DNA of 64,000 nucleotides from Lingula anatina. Lineage: Eukaryota > Animalia > Brachiopoda. The DNA is taken from the NCBI GenBank assembly GCA_051362555.1, contig CM120640.1, forward strand, positions 3,658,001-3,722,000, read 5' to 3'. Shown one piece after another: positions 13,901 through 27,230 of the stretch. The translations under genes were made by a program, and so were the position numbers. The notes under the pieces were generated by a model. That model had not been told where the DNA came from and ran no database searches. It worked only from the letters and a program-made list of their open reading frames with translations. How positions within the stretch are numbered: the stretch's first letter is position 1; every line of letters starts with the position of its first letter.

Positions 13901-16205
13901 TTTTTTAATCAAATAACTCAGTCAATTGGTTTTATCAAATGACTAAGTCGGTAATCAGTTTTTGGTAGATCAAGTCTGTTGGCTATATTTAGCTTTAAAT
14001 TTTGGCTTATTTCCCTTCATGAATGACATGAAGCTAGTTTACACCTGGCAAACCATTAGTAGAAAAACCCTAATTATATTCTAAGGATAAGAGATCGACT
14101 ATTAACAAGCTAAAATGCCAGTCTCACCTGGATTCTTCCCCAAAGCTTTCTTGGCCTTTCAATCCCTTTTCTATTATTGGAAGCTACCACAGTCAATTTT
14201 GAAGCACACTTTGGTATTAAAACCATCTGAGAGAAAATCATGAAATTTTTTGAGTAAATGGTGAGAAACATCTGGAGACCAAAAACTTTATCTCAGATTT
14301 CTGACCATACCTTCTGTTTCAAAGATATGGCCATAGGTATATACCACTAAAGAAAAGACTATTTTCCCAAAGTAACTTCAGAAAGACCATCAAGGAAAAT
14401 ACCATCTATCTATTATTAGTGTTTTCCAAATATTACTAAATGTTCTTTGAACTGTATTGACAGCTGTTCTGGTGACTGAGAAAATCTTGAAACCAAAAAT
14501 GATGATTTTACCTCCCCCCCCTCCCCCCACCAAAAAAAAAAAAAAAAGAAAAAAAGAAATTCAACCCATACACCAACCTGGAGTTTTAGGAAAAGTAAAT
14601 ATTTTAATCATGCTAGAAAATAATTTTTCAATCATTTCTATGTTGTAACATTAGTAATGCATCTCACTGTATCAAAACTGCATAAAAACAATTGCAGATT
14701 CAATCTTGATCTGCCTCACTCTAACACAACTGAAAAACCTTGTCACATTGAGAAGCCAAGTTTTCTGTACTGCTCCAGGTTGAGATTGACAACTTATTGC
14801 CCAAATATTTCATAAGAGTAACTAGCCCCTTCCCCCTCTCCCCTCCCCCCCCCCCTCCACCCAAACAACCACCACCCTTTGCTTGGCTTATACAGCCAGT
14901 TCCCCACATTAATTTTGATTAGTACATTGTGAAAGGGAGCACACACACACCCCTTACTGCAGACCCACACCCAAAGCTGGTTTAATACCAGCAGTGCTTT
15001 TCAGTCTCTCAACCAGAGTAAAAAATGCACAGCTTAATCAGGTTTAGTTTATTTCTGGAGCATTTTGACATTAAATGTCTTAACAGCTCAAATCTGTTGA
15101 CATATTCTTCTTTGCTGACAGAATTCTATAGTATTATCTATTTTCACAGACAATGATGAATGGCTGTAAGCAAACCTCCAGCTTCTCAATTGAACTGATT
15201 GTCCTTAGAGCTGCAGAATTCCGACTCCGCCAGGACACTGTGATAAGTCATTCATCTGAACAAAATCAATTTTACCAATAACAAAAACAAAGCCTTTTGC
15301 ATCAACTACAATCTAAATTATCCCGTGCTCAGACAGTGTTTAGGTCCAGAAATAACTCGCTCAAATCCTTTTCTTAATTTGCATCTTTCAAAGCTGGATC
15401 TTTTTCAAAGAATTCTATCAGTCTGAGCAATCCCAACTCAAGGAAACAGATATATTTAGAACAAAACAAAGTTCTTGATGGTCCTGTTTTTGGACTGATC
15501 ATCCTAACTACAGCGTAAACAGACTTAATGGAAGATATTTGAAAGAGTTACAACAAATAACCATTCTTTTTTTTAACCAAAGCTCACTAATGTAAGTAGA
15601 ATTCCCAGTTTGACTCCTTTCCCAGAGTAATCACAGTAATCACTGCATGTAACTGTGACAGACAATCAGTCATCACACATGTTGCATGTTGATGTAAGAC
15701 TTAAGTACCATACTGAAGATAAAACCTGCTAAAAGCAATGTGAACATCACCTCAAGGTGGGAGATACAGATCAAGCATGAGTTAAGTGTACATGGTAATT
15801 ATTTCTCATTCAAACCAAACGGGCATAAATCCTTCAATTACTGCCAGGTTATAAAACGTGTATCACCTGATGAGGCGTGATCCATTTAATGAAATGTAAC
15901 TGGAGGTCTTTTAGCAATTCATGTATGTCCCATTAAGAAGAGCTAACTTTCAGAAATAATACAGGATTAATAAATGTGCATTGCGTGACATCATTGAAAA
16001 GTTGACTATGTACCGTTTTTATATCAAAGGTTCAAGATTGATTTTCAACTCAGGACATGTGTCCATGTTTTTCATGGTCAGGAATTTTGAGGCCTACAGA
16101 TTTCATTTGGATTTGTCGAAAGAAGTCATGTGCAGGTCAAATATCAGATCACATTGACCTCCAACAGGTGAATAAAGGTTTTGGATTATTTTATGAAAGT
16201 GGATT

Positions 16206-16277
16206 GGCACTGTTTGGGATCGAACCTAGGTCATCTGGCTTCAGGGTTCTCCATGCTAGCCATAAGGTCACCAGACC
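16206..16277 (-). repeat. Degenerate tRNA-derived sequence (SINE head or tRNA pseudogene)
   Basis: Minus strand reads GGTCTGGTGACCTTATGGCTAGCATGG...CCTAGGTTCGATCCCAAACAGTGCC, with A-box-like and B-box (GGTTCGATCCC) motifs at tRNA spacing; the cloverleaf stems are broken. Confidence 0.45.
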
Positions 16278-16954
16278 TTATATCAGATGAAAGCGTAAAA
16301 AACCTATCTATACGGCAAATTTGGACAGTCAATGTATCTTGTTTTTAAATACACATCCACACACTTCTATTAAATACAATGTGATTATTCCATGGATAAA
16401 AATTGAAAATAATTGCATGTTTTATTGACATCACGACATTGTGACAGTTGGTTGTAACATTAAGTAGCAATGGGGTGTGTCTTTTTCAAAATTCGAAATC
16501 AAGTAACAAAACAGTCATTATCTTTGTGTTTTTCGGTCAATACTTCCATTTATCTTGTATTCAAAATTTGCGACCATGTAACAAAACGGCTAAAGACTTA
16601 GAGTTTCGATCATCTTGACAAATGATTGACCCTGGATAATTGACCTCTGCCTTCATTGTCGGTCAATGACACCGGCTTTGGGTCAATAATTTGTCAAGGT
16701 GATGTCACCCAAAGTCAATAATTGTACATTATCGATCTAATACAATAAATATTTTTTTACTCTTTCAAGGCTAAATAACAACAGATTTAAGGAGAGCTTA
16801 ATAACTCCATAATGAACAGCATACAGACAAGCAGAATTCTTAAATCTGTCTATTGCTCTTAAATTTTTTATATATTTTTTTAATAATATTGAGTTTTTAG
16901 TAGTGTTAATTTCTGATGAGTGTTTTAGATTTAAATATTGTAGTAATTTTGAAC

Positions 16955-17002
<48 letters not shown>
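16955..17002. repeat. (TTA)n microsatellite
   Basis: Direct reading. Confidence 0.9.
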
Positions 17003-17003
<1 letters not shown>

Positions 17004-17411
17004 GTAAGCATCTGTTAATTTGTCACATAAGCTTAACCAGCTTATAGCCTTTTTAACATTTTGTATTGCTATGGACTGCTACCTCTCCTTTCAAATAAAA
17101 TGACTCGTGCTGTTCAGTTATTTATATTCCATGGATCAAATTAATATATTACGTGATCTTCCAACAAAAAGAAAATCCGACTGAATCCTGCTCTAAGTTT
17201 AATGTCTGAGATAATTATGAGCACTCAAATGTTTACCCTGTTTGTAAACTGATACAAGTGCCAATGTTCTTGTGCCATGTTAGCAGTATACAGAGTATCT
17301 CATTAGCTGCCATGCAGGTATTCAACACATTGCATCAATCTACAAAATACATTAAAGTTTGATTTAGTACATGTAAAACTGACAGTCTCTTTAGTTCTGA
17401 GTACCTGTTTA

Positions 17412-17658
17412 GGGCTCATTCCCAGTGAAACTATCATTCTACATAGATCAATCAAAATCTGCAGGGACTCTTGCTGAATGCAATCAGATTAACACTCCTC
17501 CTCCTGGCATTGAGCATAGTACAGAAAAGCCAGTGATTACACAAGTACACTGGAAACAGAAGGGGCATGTTAATCAGTCAATCTCATTGCATTTAGTGAG
17601 AGTCCCTGTGGAAGTGGATCAATCTACGTAGAACGATGGCTTCATTGGGAATGGGCCC
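17412..17658. mobile_element. Harbinger-type MITE family A (TIR GGGCTCATTCCCAVTGAAACTATC), best-preserved copy
   Basis: Long imperfect TIRs with a TTA TSD on both sides (17409-17411, 17659-17661); homologous copies occur elsewhere in the window. Confidence 0.8.
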
Positions 17659-20600
17659 TTAAACATCTCAGTTTCAGTTCAGTGAATACCACCATAAATG
17701 ATTTAATGACTTCGTCAATCATTCATTTGGATCAATAAATGTTCACAATATCATTGTGCCAATTATGTTTTCATTGGATTCTACAAAAGAACATAAAGCA
17801 CACAACTAAGACCCCATTCCCATACCTAGATAGATCTAACAAGATCGACCCATCTCCGAGGGGTTTCTCCGAGGGAATTTGCAGGGGAGAAATGGATAAT
17901 TTGTATAAAATTATCAGAAGGGCCCTATCTTAAAGCATGATATAAAAACAATTTCTAAAACCAAAACGCAGTGTCAAGAAATCTTTTCATTCATGCATAA
18001 CAGGTTGGTCAAATTTGTCATTTCATCATTTCTGGATCATCTGGGAAATCCCATCTTTTTTCGCATGGCATCCTGCTGTCATACCGATGTTTAGGCAAGT
18101 CTGTCACTGATGCTACCATACATAATTGAATTCCTAGATTCCACTTACTCGTGAAAAATAGTGACAGTGTAAAGCCTGGAGTATTGCTAGCTGTCACATA
18201 CTAAAATGGTCAGTTGGGGGTGCAAATGGAGCTCATCAATGACACAACTAACAGAACTTATCTTCAAAACTTAAGCAGTTAGAAAAAAGATACATGTAGA
18301 TTTCATGACATGAAAATAGATATAAGATATGATGTTTTGGCTCAGACTAAGCAGGGGATGCCAACGTGCACAGGTGAGATAAATATGACTCTTCTGAATG
18401 GCATGCAGAACTCCAGCATAAATGACTAGATTACTTTCTGGTGTCACTGTAATTGGAATTCATCAAGTGTTTCACAGTCAGTAAACCACACTTCCTGGTT
18501 TCAAACTTGCTGCGTTATGCCAGGTAACAGTGGAGAGACACAATAAAGTGATACAGAGGTAACCATATGGTATCCATGTGATGAACTAGATAATATTATT
18601 ACATTCAAGTCTTCATCAGTCACCGTTCTCCTGTGAATCATATCCACACAATTCAATTCTGAAGCAAATAATTTTTCAAATGGAGGGCGGGGTCAGTGGA
18701 GAGTTGTTCCAATCATTGTCCTATTTTTACCTGTGTGCAATCAACAACCTCCATCGCAATTACAGAATGGATAATTTAGAAGTTAATGGCTGGTATTTTT
18801 GTCTGATCAATCCAAGTTAATCCCCTCCTTGTTATGAATAAGTTATAAATACACTTTAAATCAATCTTGACTGTTGTAACCAACAATATCACTGTGCACA
18901 TTAATTTATCTTGTTAAAGTTATTCAACAATTTCCCATCTTTTCAACAGCTGCAATATGGTAGACTTACTCATCAACTTTGCCTAAAATGGACACTGTAT
19001 TACTTTTTGTCAAATTCTTCAGCATAATGATGAAAAACATGTTTCCACAATAACAACTAGACTTGAGGAAATATTACAAAATTACTGTTTTTGCGAGGTA
19101 GCAAGAAATGAAAATAGAATGAAAATAGCATTCATCAATTTTAAAAAGGTACAGACAATAACTGAATGATAAAAGTCATTTTCTGTAAGTCACACAGGGT
19201 TGAAGAAACTGCAAGCCCTTGGAGGCTGGAACTAACCATTTGTTAGCCATTAACCATTTTGCAAAAAAAAAAAAAAATTGTCAGCCACATCCTTTAAATA
19301 GTCAGTAACAAATTTGTCAATGAATAATTAAATTACACGATCCCATTTCCTTTATACCACAACGGATGTTGGTTACAAAAGATCCAGCTGTGGTGCATCT
19401 TACATACACACATATCACCTATAAATGAGAGTTACGTTTTTTGCTCTATTCTTTGCTGTTGTAGAAGTCAGATACACCACTCGTTAGCAAGGTGTCCTAC
19501 ATGGCATCAACTTGTGTTAGGCACTCGTGCGTGTCATGGACACCTCACTGATTTATGTATGATAAATATATACTGTATATAATATGATATGGTCCTTTTC
19601 TAAAGAACTCATCAGATCAGGACACGAACATCACTCATCTACGGTCTACCGGTACCTATAGATCATCCTTCTGGTCTCTGAGTGCATACAACAAATGTAA
19701 TTTCCCTAATCTCTGCAGGTTATTTATCATATAATTAATATATTTGATAGTTGAGAAAATATCATTAGACCAACATTTTCAAAACTATATTTCAAAATCT
19801 TATCTTTTTGTTGTCTTATCTATGGAAGAATGCCTATTACAATGAAGAACACACATTACCAATAAATTAAGTGCATAATCAAGGCATAGTGCTGCTGGCT
19901 GAAATATAACTAGCTGGGTCAGCTATGGTAAAAGTGCTTTACTCTTTATAGTAGACTTTCCCCTAGGACACTGAAACTCACCTACTCACTCTACTAACAG
20001 CAAGCCACTGCCATTTCCAGCATCCTGTTGACAGTCGAGAGGTGAGTTTCCAATGCTCTCTGAAACTGTGAAATCAAATGATGTAATGCCAAATTAAGTG
20101 TTCCAGATCTCCACCTCTTTTTTTGGAAAGAGTTATCATCTGGTTTTCCTCATTCCTGCATGTTCTCCTTTTCCATAATACACATCCTGATCTCAACACT
20201 ACAAAAATATGGTCCTTTTACCTAAATCAATCTTTCTTGCCCATATTGTTCATGATACCTGTGTTACTTATCTTTACATTAAGTAAGTATACAACTTACC
20301 TGTCACTTATAACTACCTGAACTCTACCTGACACTGAACTCTACCTGATATACTGTTCACCTGTAACTACCTGCTATGTAAATTACCTTATACCACACGT
20401 TTATTTCTGTTTTACCCAAAACATGACTTACAACATACTTGCAAACCTTGTTTTCTTTCAAAGTGCCACACCTTTTCTGGCTTAGATGTCCGTGTACTAG
20501 AAAGTGGTGTTAACAATCCTTTAATGAGGTGAGTTGAACTTTATTGTGTGGCTAGCCAATACCCATCAATCATAGCCCAGTAGTATTGAGAAATGAACAA

Positions 20601-22494
20601 TGATTTGCTTACCATGCTGATTGATAGAGCTCCAATAAGTCCATATTCAACAGCATGTGGGCATAATTTGTGTAAAATAAAAGGGAGGTACAGTACATTT
20701 GATTACTTTGACTAAATGAATATGTCATCAATATCATTTTTGAGCTGCTCAATCCTACGAAAGGCTAAATTCACAGAGTAGCCACAGCAATAAAATCTCA
20801 TGAAGATAACATGAGAGATTAGCAAGTGCTCTTTTAATGACCAGTTAGCTGCTTGTGCTTGTTAATTATAAAATTCACTCAGACAATCTATCAAATTATA
20901 ATTATAGCTTATTCAATACTATATCTGTCATATATAAAGCTGTACTAATTGTCTGTGAATCATAACACTTTTACATCTGTTAAACAAGTCAGTCTTCATT
21001 AACTGAAGCCAATAACAAATGTGTAAATGATTACTTAGCTGAAACTCTTTATTACTAACCAGATATCACTTAATTAACGAAGGCAGAAACATGCAAAATG
21101 CTACTAGCACAGCGTTTGTTTATGAAAAGGGGAGCATTCAATCCCCTAAAGAGTGAATGATCTTATTCCTTGTGATATATCAAATAAAAGGAATTATAAT
21201 AATAAAAAAATAAATCAAAGACTGAACTGACTTATTAAATTCATTATTATAAGTAAATGCATCTTTATTGGCTTATTTCAACTACCCATTCCTAGCTGTT
21301 CTTCAAAACAATTATACACTCCACCTGTGACATTTGGTTGAAATGTTGGAGTACTTTTATCACACTACTGTTGATATCCAACCCTAACATCACTATATTC
21401 CCTTACATAGTATATATTTAAACACAGTCAAATAGTTCACTAAATATTACTTACATATACTAATACATTTCATCGGCCATAAGATCTATAGATTCCCAAA
21501 GCTGTTTATAAAAATGTTCGTTCTTCAGAATTCCTTTGTTTAAAGCTCCTTTCACCATGTAATTTATGTCCTCCTCAGGAATAGCTTTTGTTGCAATATC
21601 AGCTTTTTTATAAGTTTAACATGAGTCTACTATACATCAAATACAAAGGAAATTGAAGAAAAAAAGGACCCCTACTTGTAATACCTATATTGTTCCTCAC
21701 TTCTTAATGACACAGTCATTTGTTTCTTGGAATTAATCAACTGACATTGACGTGTAAGAAAGTGAAAGAAAATTGACCATAATGATCCTCTACAGGCATA
21801 CAGCAGACCACATAAATCACTGGTGACCATCCATCTCCAGGCTTGCCAATAAACTCAGTGAGCTCTTGGTACCATGGCACCTTTCATATGGCATCCATGC
21901 ACATAGGATCTCTGTCTCTCTCTCTCTTTCTCTCTCTCTCTTGCTGGGAAAGAAATTAAACTGACGTGCGACCACTGAAAATGTTCCAGCCACCAGGGTT
22001 CCGAAAGCATCCACTGAGAAAACACTGATCGTAGGAGCAGGAACGAAACAATGTAATTTCACATCAGGTATTACGAGATTACCTGTCAGATTTACTCAGT
22101 TACTCAGTTTGCCTGGTGCGTTAAACTAGAGGCCCTTGCTCTGCTTGTCTTCAGGGATTCCAATTCAGCCAAATTATTTACAATGCTTTTGAAAAGTTGT
22201 AATTTGCTTCACATAAATATATATGCATTAGCTGCCAATCTTAAAAAGCAAAAATCTAAGCTGAAAGTGTTGTTGAATAAATAACCAAGAAAGTGTTATT
22301 TGGACATAAGTTGAACCTGATGTTTTACATGCATGTTTTCTGTCATGTTTCAAAAATTCTTGATACAAAATGGTGATATTCATACATCTATAAACAATTG
22401 TAAGAAAAAAATAAGTCAGTGCAAAATGATGTAGATCCTCATGTTTTTCTGGACCAGTTCTTAATTACGTGTTACGACCTCAGCCTCTGAAGAC

Positions 22495-23220
22495 GCTAAA
22501 CAAAAGTAATGCAGCATGGCCACAGAGTTTCACCTGTATGTCATTTCCATTTTACCCATCAAACCTCCACATTGCTTATCACTGACAACATCTTGCTGGA
22601 TACAGAACCCAGGGGATGGGGGTGGGTGGGTGTTGAGGGGGGGGGGGGGGAGAATCAGAAAGGTGGTGACAAACATGGCCAGTATTTTGTCTCGTGTCTG
22701 TGATAATGCCAGACTCACCACCCAGATCAAAATTACTGTGTATCATGCATGCACTGTGAGCACTGTTCTGTTTAAAAGTGAATCCTTGCTGGACCATCTC
22801 CACTACGCAGGAGAAGCACCTGAATACCTTCCACTTGAGGTGCTTCTGTCCGTTCCTACCTATTTTATAAACTGACTAGGTCACCAAAACCAATTTATGT
22901 TCTTAGGATGGTAGGTATTTCATTGATGCTCACCCTTATTGAACAATGCAGCCTGGGGTGGCTGTGCCATGTTTGCCATATGGACGATGGTAAAATCCCA
23001 AAGGACCGAGCTTGAAATGGGTCTAGAACTGTTGGTCAGTCAAAGTTTCATTTCACAGTTGACAAGACAAGATTGAGCTGCCAAATTAGATGCAACAAGT
23101 GCTTGGAGGAAGGCAGCAACTGGAGCAACCCCAACAGTGATATATTTTGCGATATATATACATACATTTGAGATCTGTAGCTGAGTCTGCCTCTGGAGGA
23201 TCAACCACCAAAAGAAAGTG
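22495..23220 (+). mobile_element. Decayed LINE (RTE-like) reverse-transcriptase C-terminal fragment
   Basis: Frameshifted remnants SRVCDNARLTTQIKITVYHACTVSTVLFKSES, HLNTFHLRCF and LGWLCHVCHMDDGKIPKD match the typical RTE/L2 C-terminal pattern (LT.KTK..VY.ACV.STLLYGSE.W ... LRWLGHV.RM.D.RIPK). Confidence 0.75.
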
Positions 23221-26200
23221 CTCAGTTATGTACTAAGTTATGAACACAGTCCAATGGCTGTTTATCTACATGTAACTCTTGACACTAAATATAATGAACG
23301 GATGGAAACTTGGGTTAGATATCAGCAGATATTCCAGTGCAAAAAAAAAAGAGATTATGAAAATATGAAATATTTTGCACTCAGCTTTCTTTGACTTTTC
23401 AGAACTTATGTTAACTTATATAGTATAAGTTATGGAATTGTAAAATTTCTTTCAAACAATATCAGTGGAGCCATTCCATTTACTACATAATCAATATGGG
23501 GTTGCCCTAATACCATCAGAAAATGGTGACACATTTGAACCTCTGTAGGAAGTATTAGCCTTTAATTTCTTTTTTACATTAGACATGCTTCTTTTTGCTC
23601 TAAATGGTTCACAAAGCTTGGACTCTGGTATATAAACTGTATATCTTTTACATTTAAATTGTTTTCACTTGTAACATAACACATTCCTGCCAGTACATCA
23701 CACCCAATATTGAACTCCAGAATACAGGCGTCTCCTTTTCAATTCTTTTTGTTAATCATATATCAGAGCATTTAGGACACCTATCAACAACTGTTTTCAT
23801 TCATACATGTAGTCTCAGCTCCCATGAGGAAGTCATTTTACTTTCTGAACTCTCTGCCAAAGAGACTGGTTCAATGGTTCAATAAAAAAAAAATACTGTC
23901 TTATTATCTCTTGCATTACATTGTCATAAAAACTGCCCCATCTTGCTGAACTTTTATTCTTTCATTTGAAGAAAGAAGTTATAAAATAGTTTGGTTTCAA
24001 TACTTACTTTAAAAAACTTCTTTAAAATTCTTTAAAAAATTAAGTTGCATACCGCACTTCTTTCTTGAGCACTGCAAAATTGCAAATCATCATAAGCATT
24101 TTGACAGGAATTCCCTACTCTAAATGAGCCATTCTATAGTATGACAGTTACAACAGTTATACAGAGGTGTGGGAAAAAAAGAAATGAATACATGTTTGAA
24201 ATCAAAATGTTTGACTGAAAATGCTGTTTTGCAAACATTTTTATCTCAGTTAGCTTGCTGTGCATTCTTGAGCCTAGCTTTCCACCCTCTCCAGTGATCA
24301 AAATTCAACAAGCATTATCACTTTATGAGATTAATCTTTTTAGTACATTTAGTGGAAGGGATGAGAGAGATACAAAACTTTAAGTTTTTTTCATCAATCA
24401 TGACGTTAACCATTTATTCATATAATATGTAGATGCAGAGACTATATGTCTTTGTCTGTCTGTGTTGTCATTGCTGCCAGTTTGTCACTGGCTGACACAT
24501 CTATTGTTCACCCTATAACTGCCAAACCACATCTTTTACCTTTACCTGGCTTTGTTCAGTAAAAATGGATGCAGGTTCCTTCCAAATATACACAATTCTT
24601 TTTGTATTTTTTTTAGTGTCTGTATATTTCCCAGCTTTGCTGTCTAGTTTATCAGTGGCAGCAATAAATGTTTACTTAATTAGTAGCTACATAAACAGAA
24701 TGGTAGGGAAGATGAGAACTCTGAATTTTCCATTATAAATAGCCTGAATAGTTGTCGTGTATGAAAAAAAACAACATGAAAACCTATAATTTTAACTCGC
24801 AATTAACCAGCATCAAATTTCAGTTTCGATGATACTGAAATGGGAAAAGCACACAGATACATGAATGCGATTACCAAGCATAAAGGAAAATCGTTGCTTC
24901 CTTATTCCCCTGAAAGCTTTTTCATTGTATATTTTCCTTTTCGAAACACTGTGGTACATGAAATAAATACCCAGGTACATAAATCTATCTACAGTCAATT
25001 TTTTTTTTTATGCCGTTATACTTGTTGTCCTAGACTTGGACATAATAATGAAAGGACTAGAAACACAGCGCAAGATCAAAGGATTAGTGCGAGCTCTTGG
25101 TGAAACCATCTGCATTCAGATCACGTGACCTCCCACACAGGTAGTGAACATATCGCTTATCGGAGACAATGGGTGAATGTCTACTCAAACGCAGATGTCT
25201 TTAAAGGAAGATGCCGCATTTCTAGTCAATTTGTAATTTTGTCCATGTCCTGGATATGTTGCAGAAGAGTGCCAGAGCCCAAATTTCTGAGATTTAAAAA
25301 ATGTTCACCAAAGCCCAACTCCACCCCAATTAAAAGGGTCACTACTTTGCCTCCTTGAACTTTAAATTTAATGGTCTGTATAATGACTTATCTATACAGG
25401 CACGTGGCACCAATCAGTGTTTTCTGATACCACATTCTAACTGCCGAATTGATACAGGAGGAAGAGTTTGTCAATACTTAGAAAATCCTTATCTCTAGCC
25501 ATGTATGTGTAAAATGTATACATATTTACATACTGTACATACATATTGTTGGTAAAGTTCCAAATTGTTTCTAGTTGTGTTTCATTATACTACAGGAAAT
25601 TGCTTCCAAATGGATCTTCGCATTTCCTTTGGTTATCTAACTTTTTGACAGTCTATAAAATGAAAATGAACAAATATGCTCATCTCAATTAACAAGTCCT
25701 TAGGGGATGGCAACCTGGGACAATTTTTATCCTTGAGAAAAAACACTTTAAGGGTACAAAAAAGGGTTAATTATCATCAAAATACTGTAAATGAGGATTT
25801 TCATTCATCCAATTATTCGATAATGCATCTATCATTTTGCTTTTTATAACCAATAAAAATCCCATTCAAAATGTTAAATATTAGCATTCAAATTTCTCAT
25901 TGTTAAGCATAAGCATAAGCACATCAGTTTAACAGCATTTTATTTTGAGGTGAAATAACAATCAGTATGGGGCATAACTCCGTAGCAAGATCTAATAACA
26001 AATATTGACAAATTTATGGGCTTCAATCCTGTGCTGTCATTTTGGTTTAAATGTTTTTGTCATGGAGTTCTGAGCCCCTAATTACAATGATTCATTGAAG
26101 AAAGGCATTATTTTGCCTTTTTAACAATAAAATCTGAATGGTGATGTTTAAAAAATAGCGCTGGCAGGGTTTTTCAGTACTCCAATGGTGTCATTTATTT

Positions 26201-26984
26201 GGCATTAAATCGGTGTTTGTGGGTGCTCAAGTTAAAGAGAGTCTTGATTAACTGATTTTGCAATTTTTATCCCATAATTGCAATTATGATATCATCCATA
26301 AAATGACATTTATATAAATGCAATCTAACTTAGTCAGTGAACACTGAAGATTCTTCTATCATCCAAAACATGCATGTAAAGACAGTCATTTTGGAGATTT
26401 TGTCTAATCCTGAAAGTACCCTTAAGAAGCAGTTAACATTTTTTCTTTCAGTTTCCATACTTTTTTCTCTTGACAGAAATAAACCATTCCAACTATGTAA
26501 GCAGAAACTGACACTTTGCAGACAGCATACTTTTCAACCCGTAAGCCACCAACATTCGACCATTTCCCAGTAGACCTTCAAAGAAAATGGAGATGATTAT
26601 AAAGCGAAATTGCTTCCAAGGACATAGAGTCACACACCACTTAAATATTTGATACAGAGACTTCCGTTGCTTCTTTTTAGAGTAAACTGATACATTTTAC
26701 TCAGAAAGGTTATATGCACTTTCAGCAAGATTCAGCAGCATGAGAAGTCAATTCTTATATTTAAAAAGTTTAATTCGTTGAGCCTTTCCTTTACCTAAAT
26801 GTGTCAAAAGAATATCTATGTATCTTATTATTCTGCCAACTGTAGAGAGTCAACACTTGAAATTTCAAACAGGTTCATTTATGACAGCAGTCACTGCAGT
26901 GAATTTGAATTTAACAAATCAACTCTTTATTTTCTTTATGAATTTCCCTATGTCACATTTAATTTTTTCAGTTTATTTGGCAAA

Positions 26985-27230
26985 GGGATCACTCCCAATG
27001 GAACTATAGTTTTATGTAGATGGATCCGACTCTGTGGGGATGCTTGCAAAATGCAATTACATTAACAAATTAGCACACCTCTTGGCATTGAGTAGAATAC
27101 AGAAAAGCTGATGATATTATGAGTATGTTAGAAACAAGAGGAGGCATGTTAACCTGTTGATCCAATTGCATTCAGCAGAACTGTATATAGCTGTATATAT
27201 AGGAACAATAGTTTCATTGGGAAAGAGCCC
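26985..27230. mobile_element. MITE family A, diverged copy
   Basis: Termini GGGATCACTCCCAATGGAACTATAG ... ATAGTTTCATTGGGAAAGAGCCC; the internal CTTGGCATTGAGTAGAATACAGAAAAGC is shared with the 17412 copy. Confidence 0.7.

Noticed and set aside
16206-16277. Functional tRNA gene
   Set aside because: The acceptor and anticodon stems do not pair; kept only as a tRNA-derived remnant.
24790-25370. Possible old DNA transposon with internal inverted repeats and a TCACGTGA motif
   Set aside because: I could not define matching termini or a TSD.
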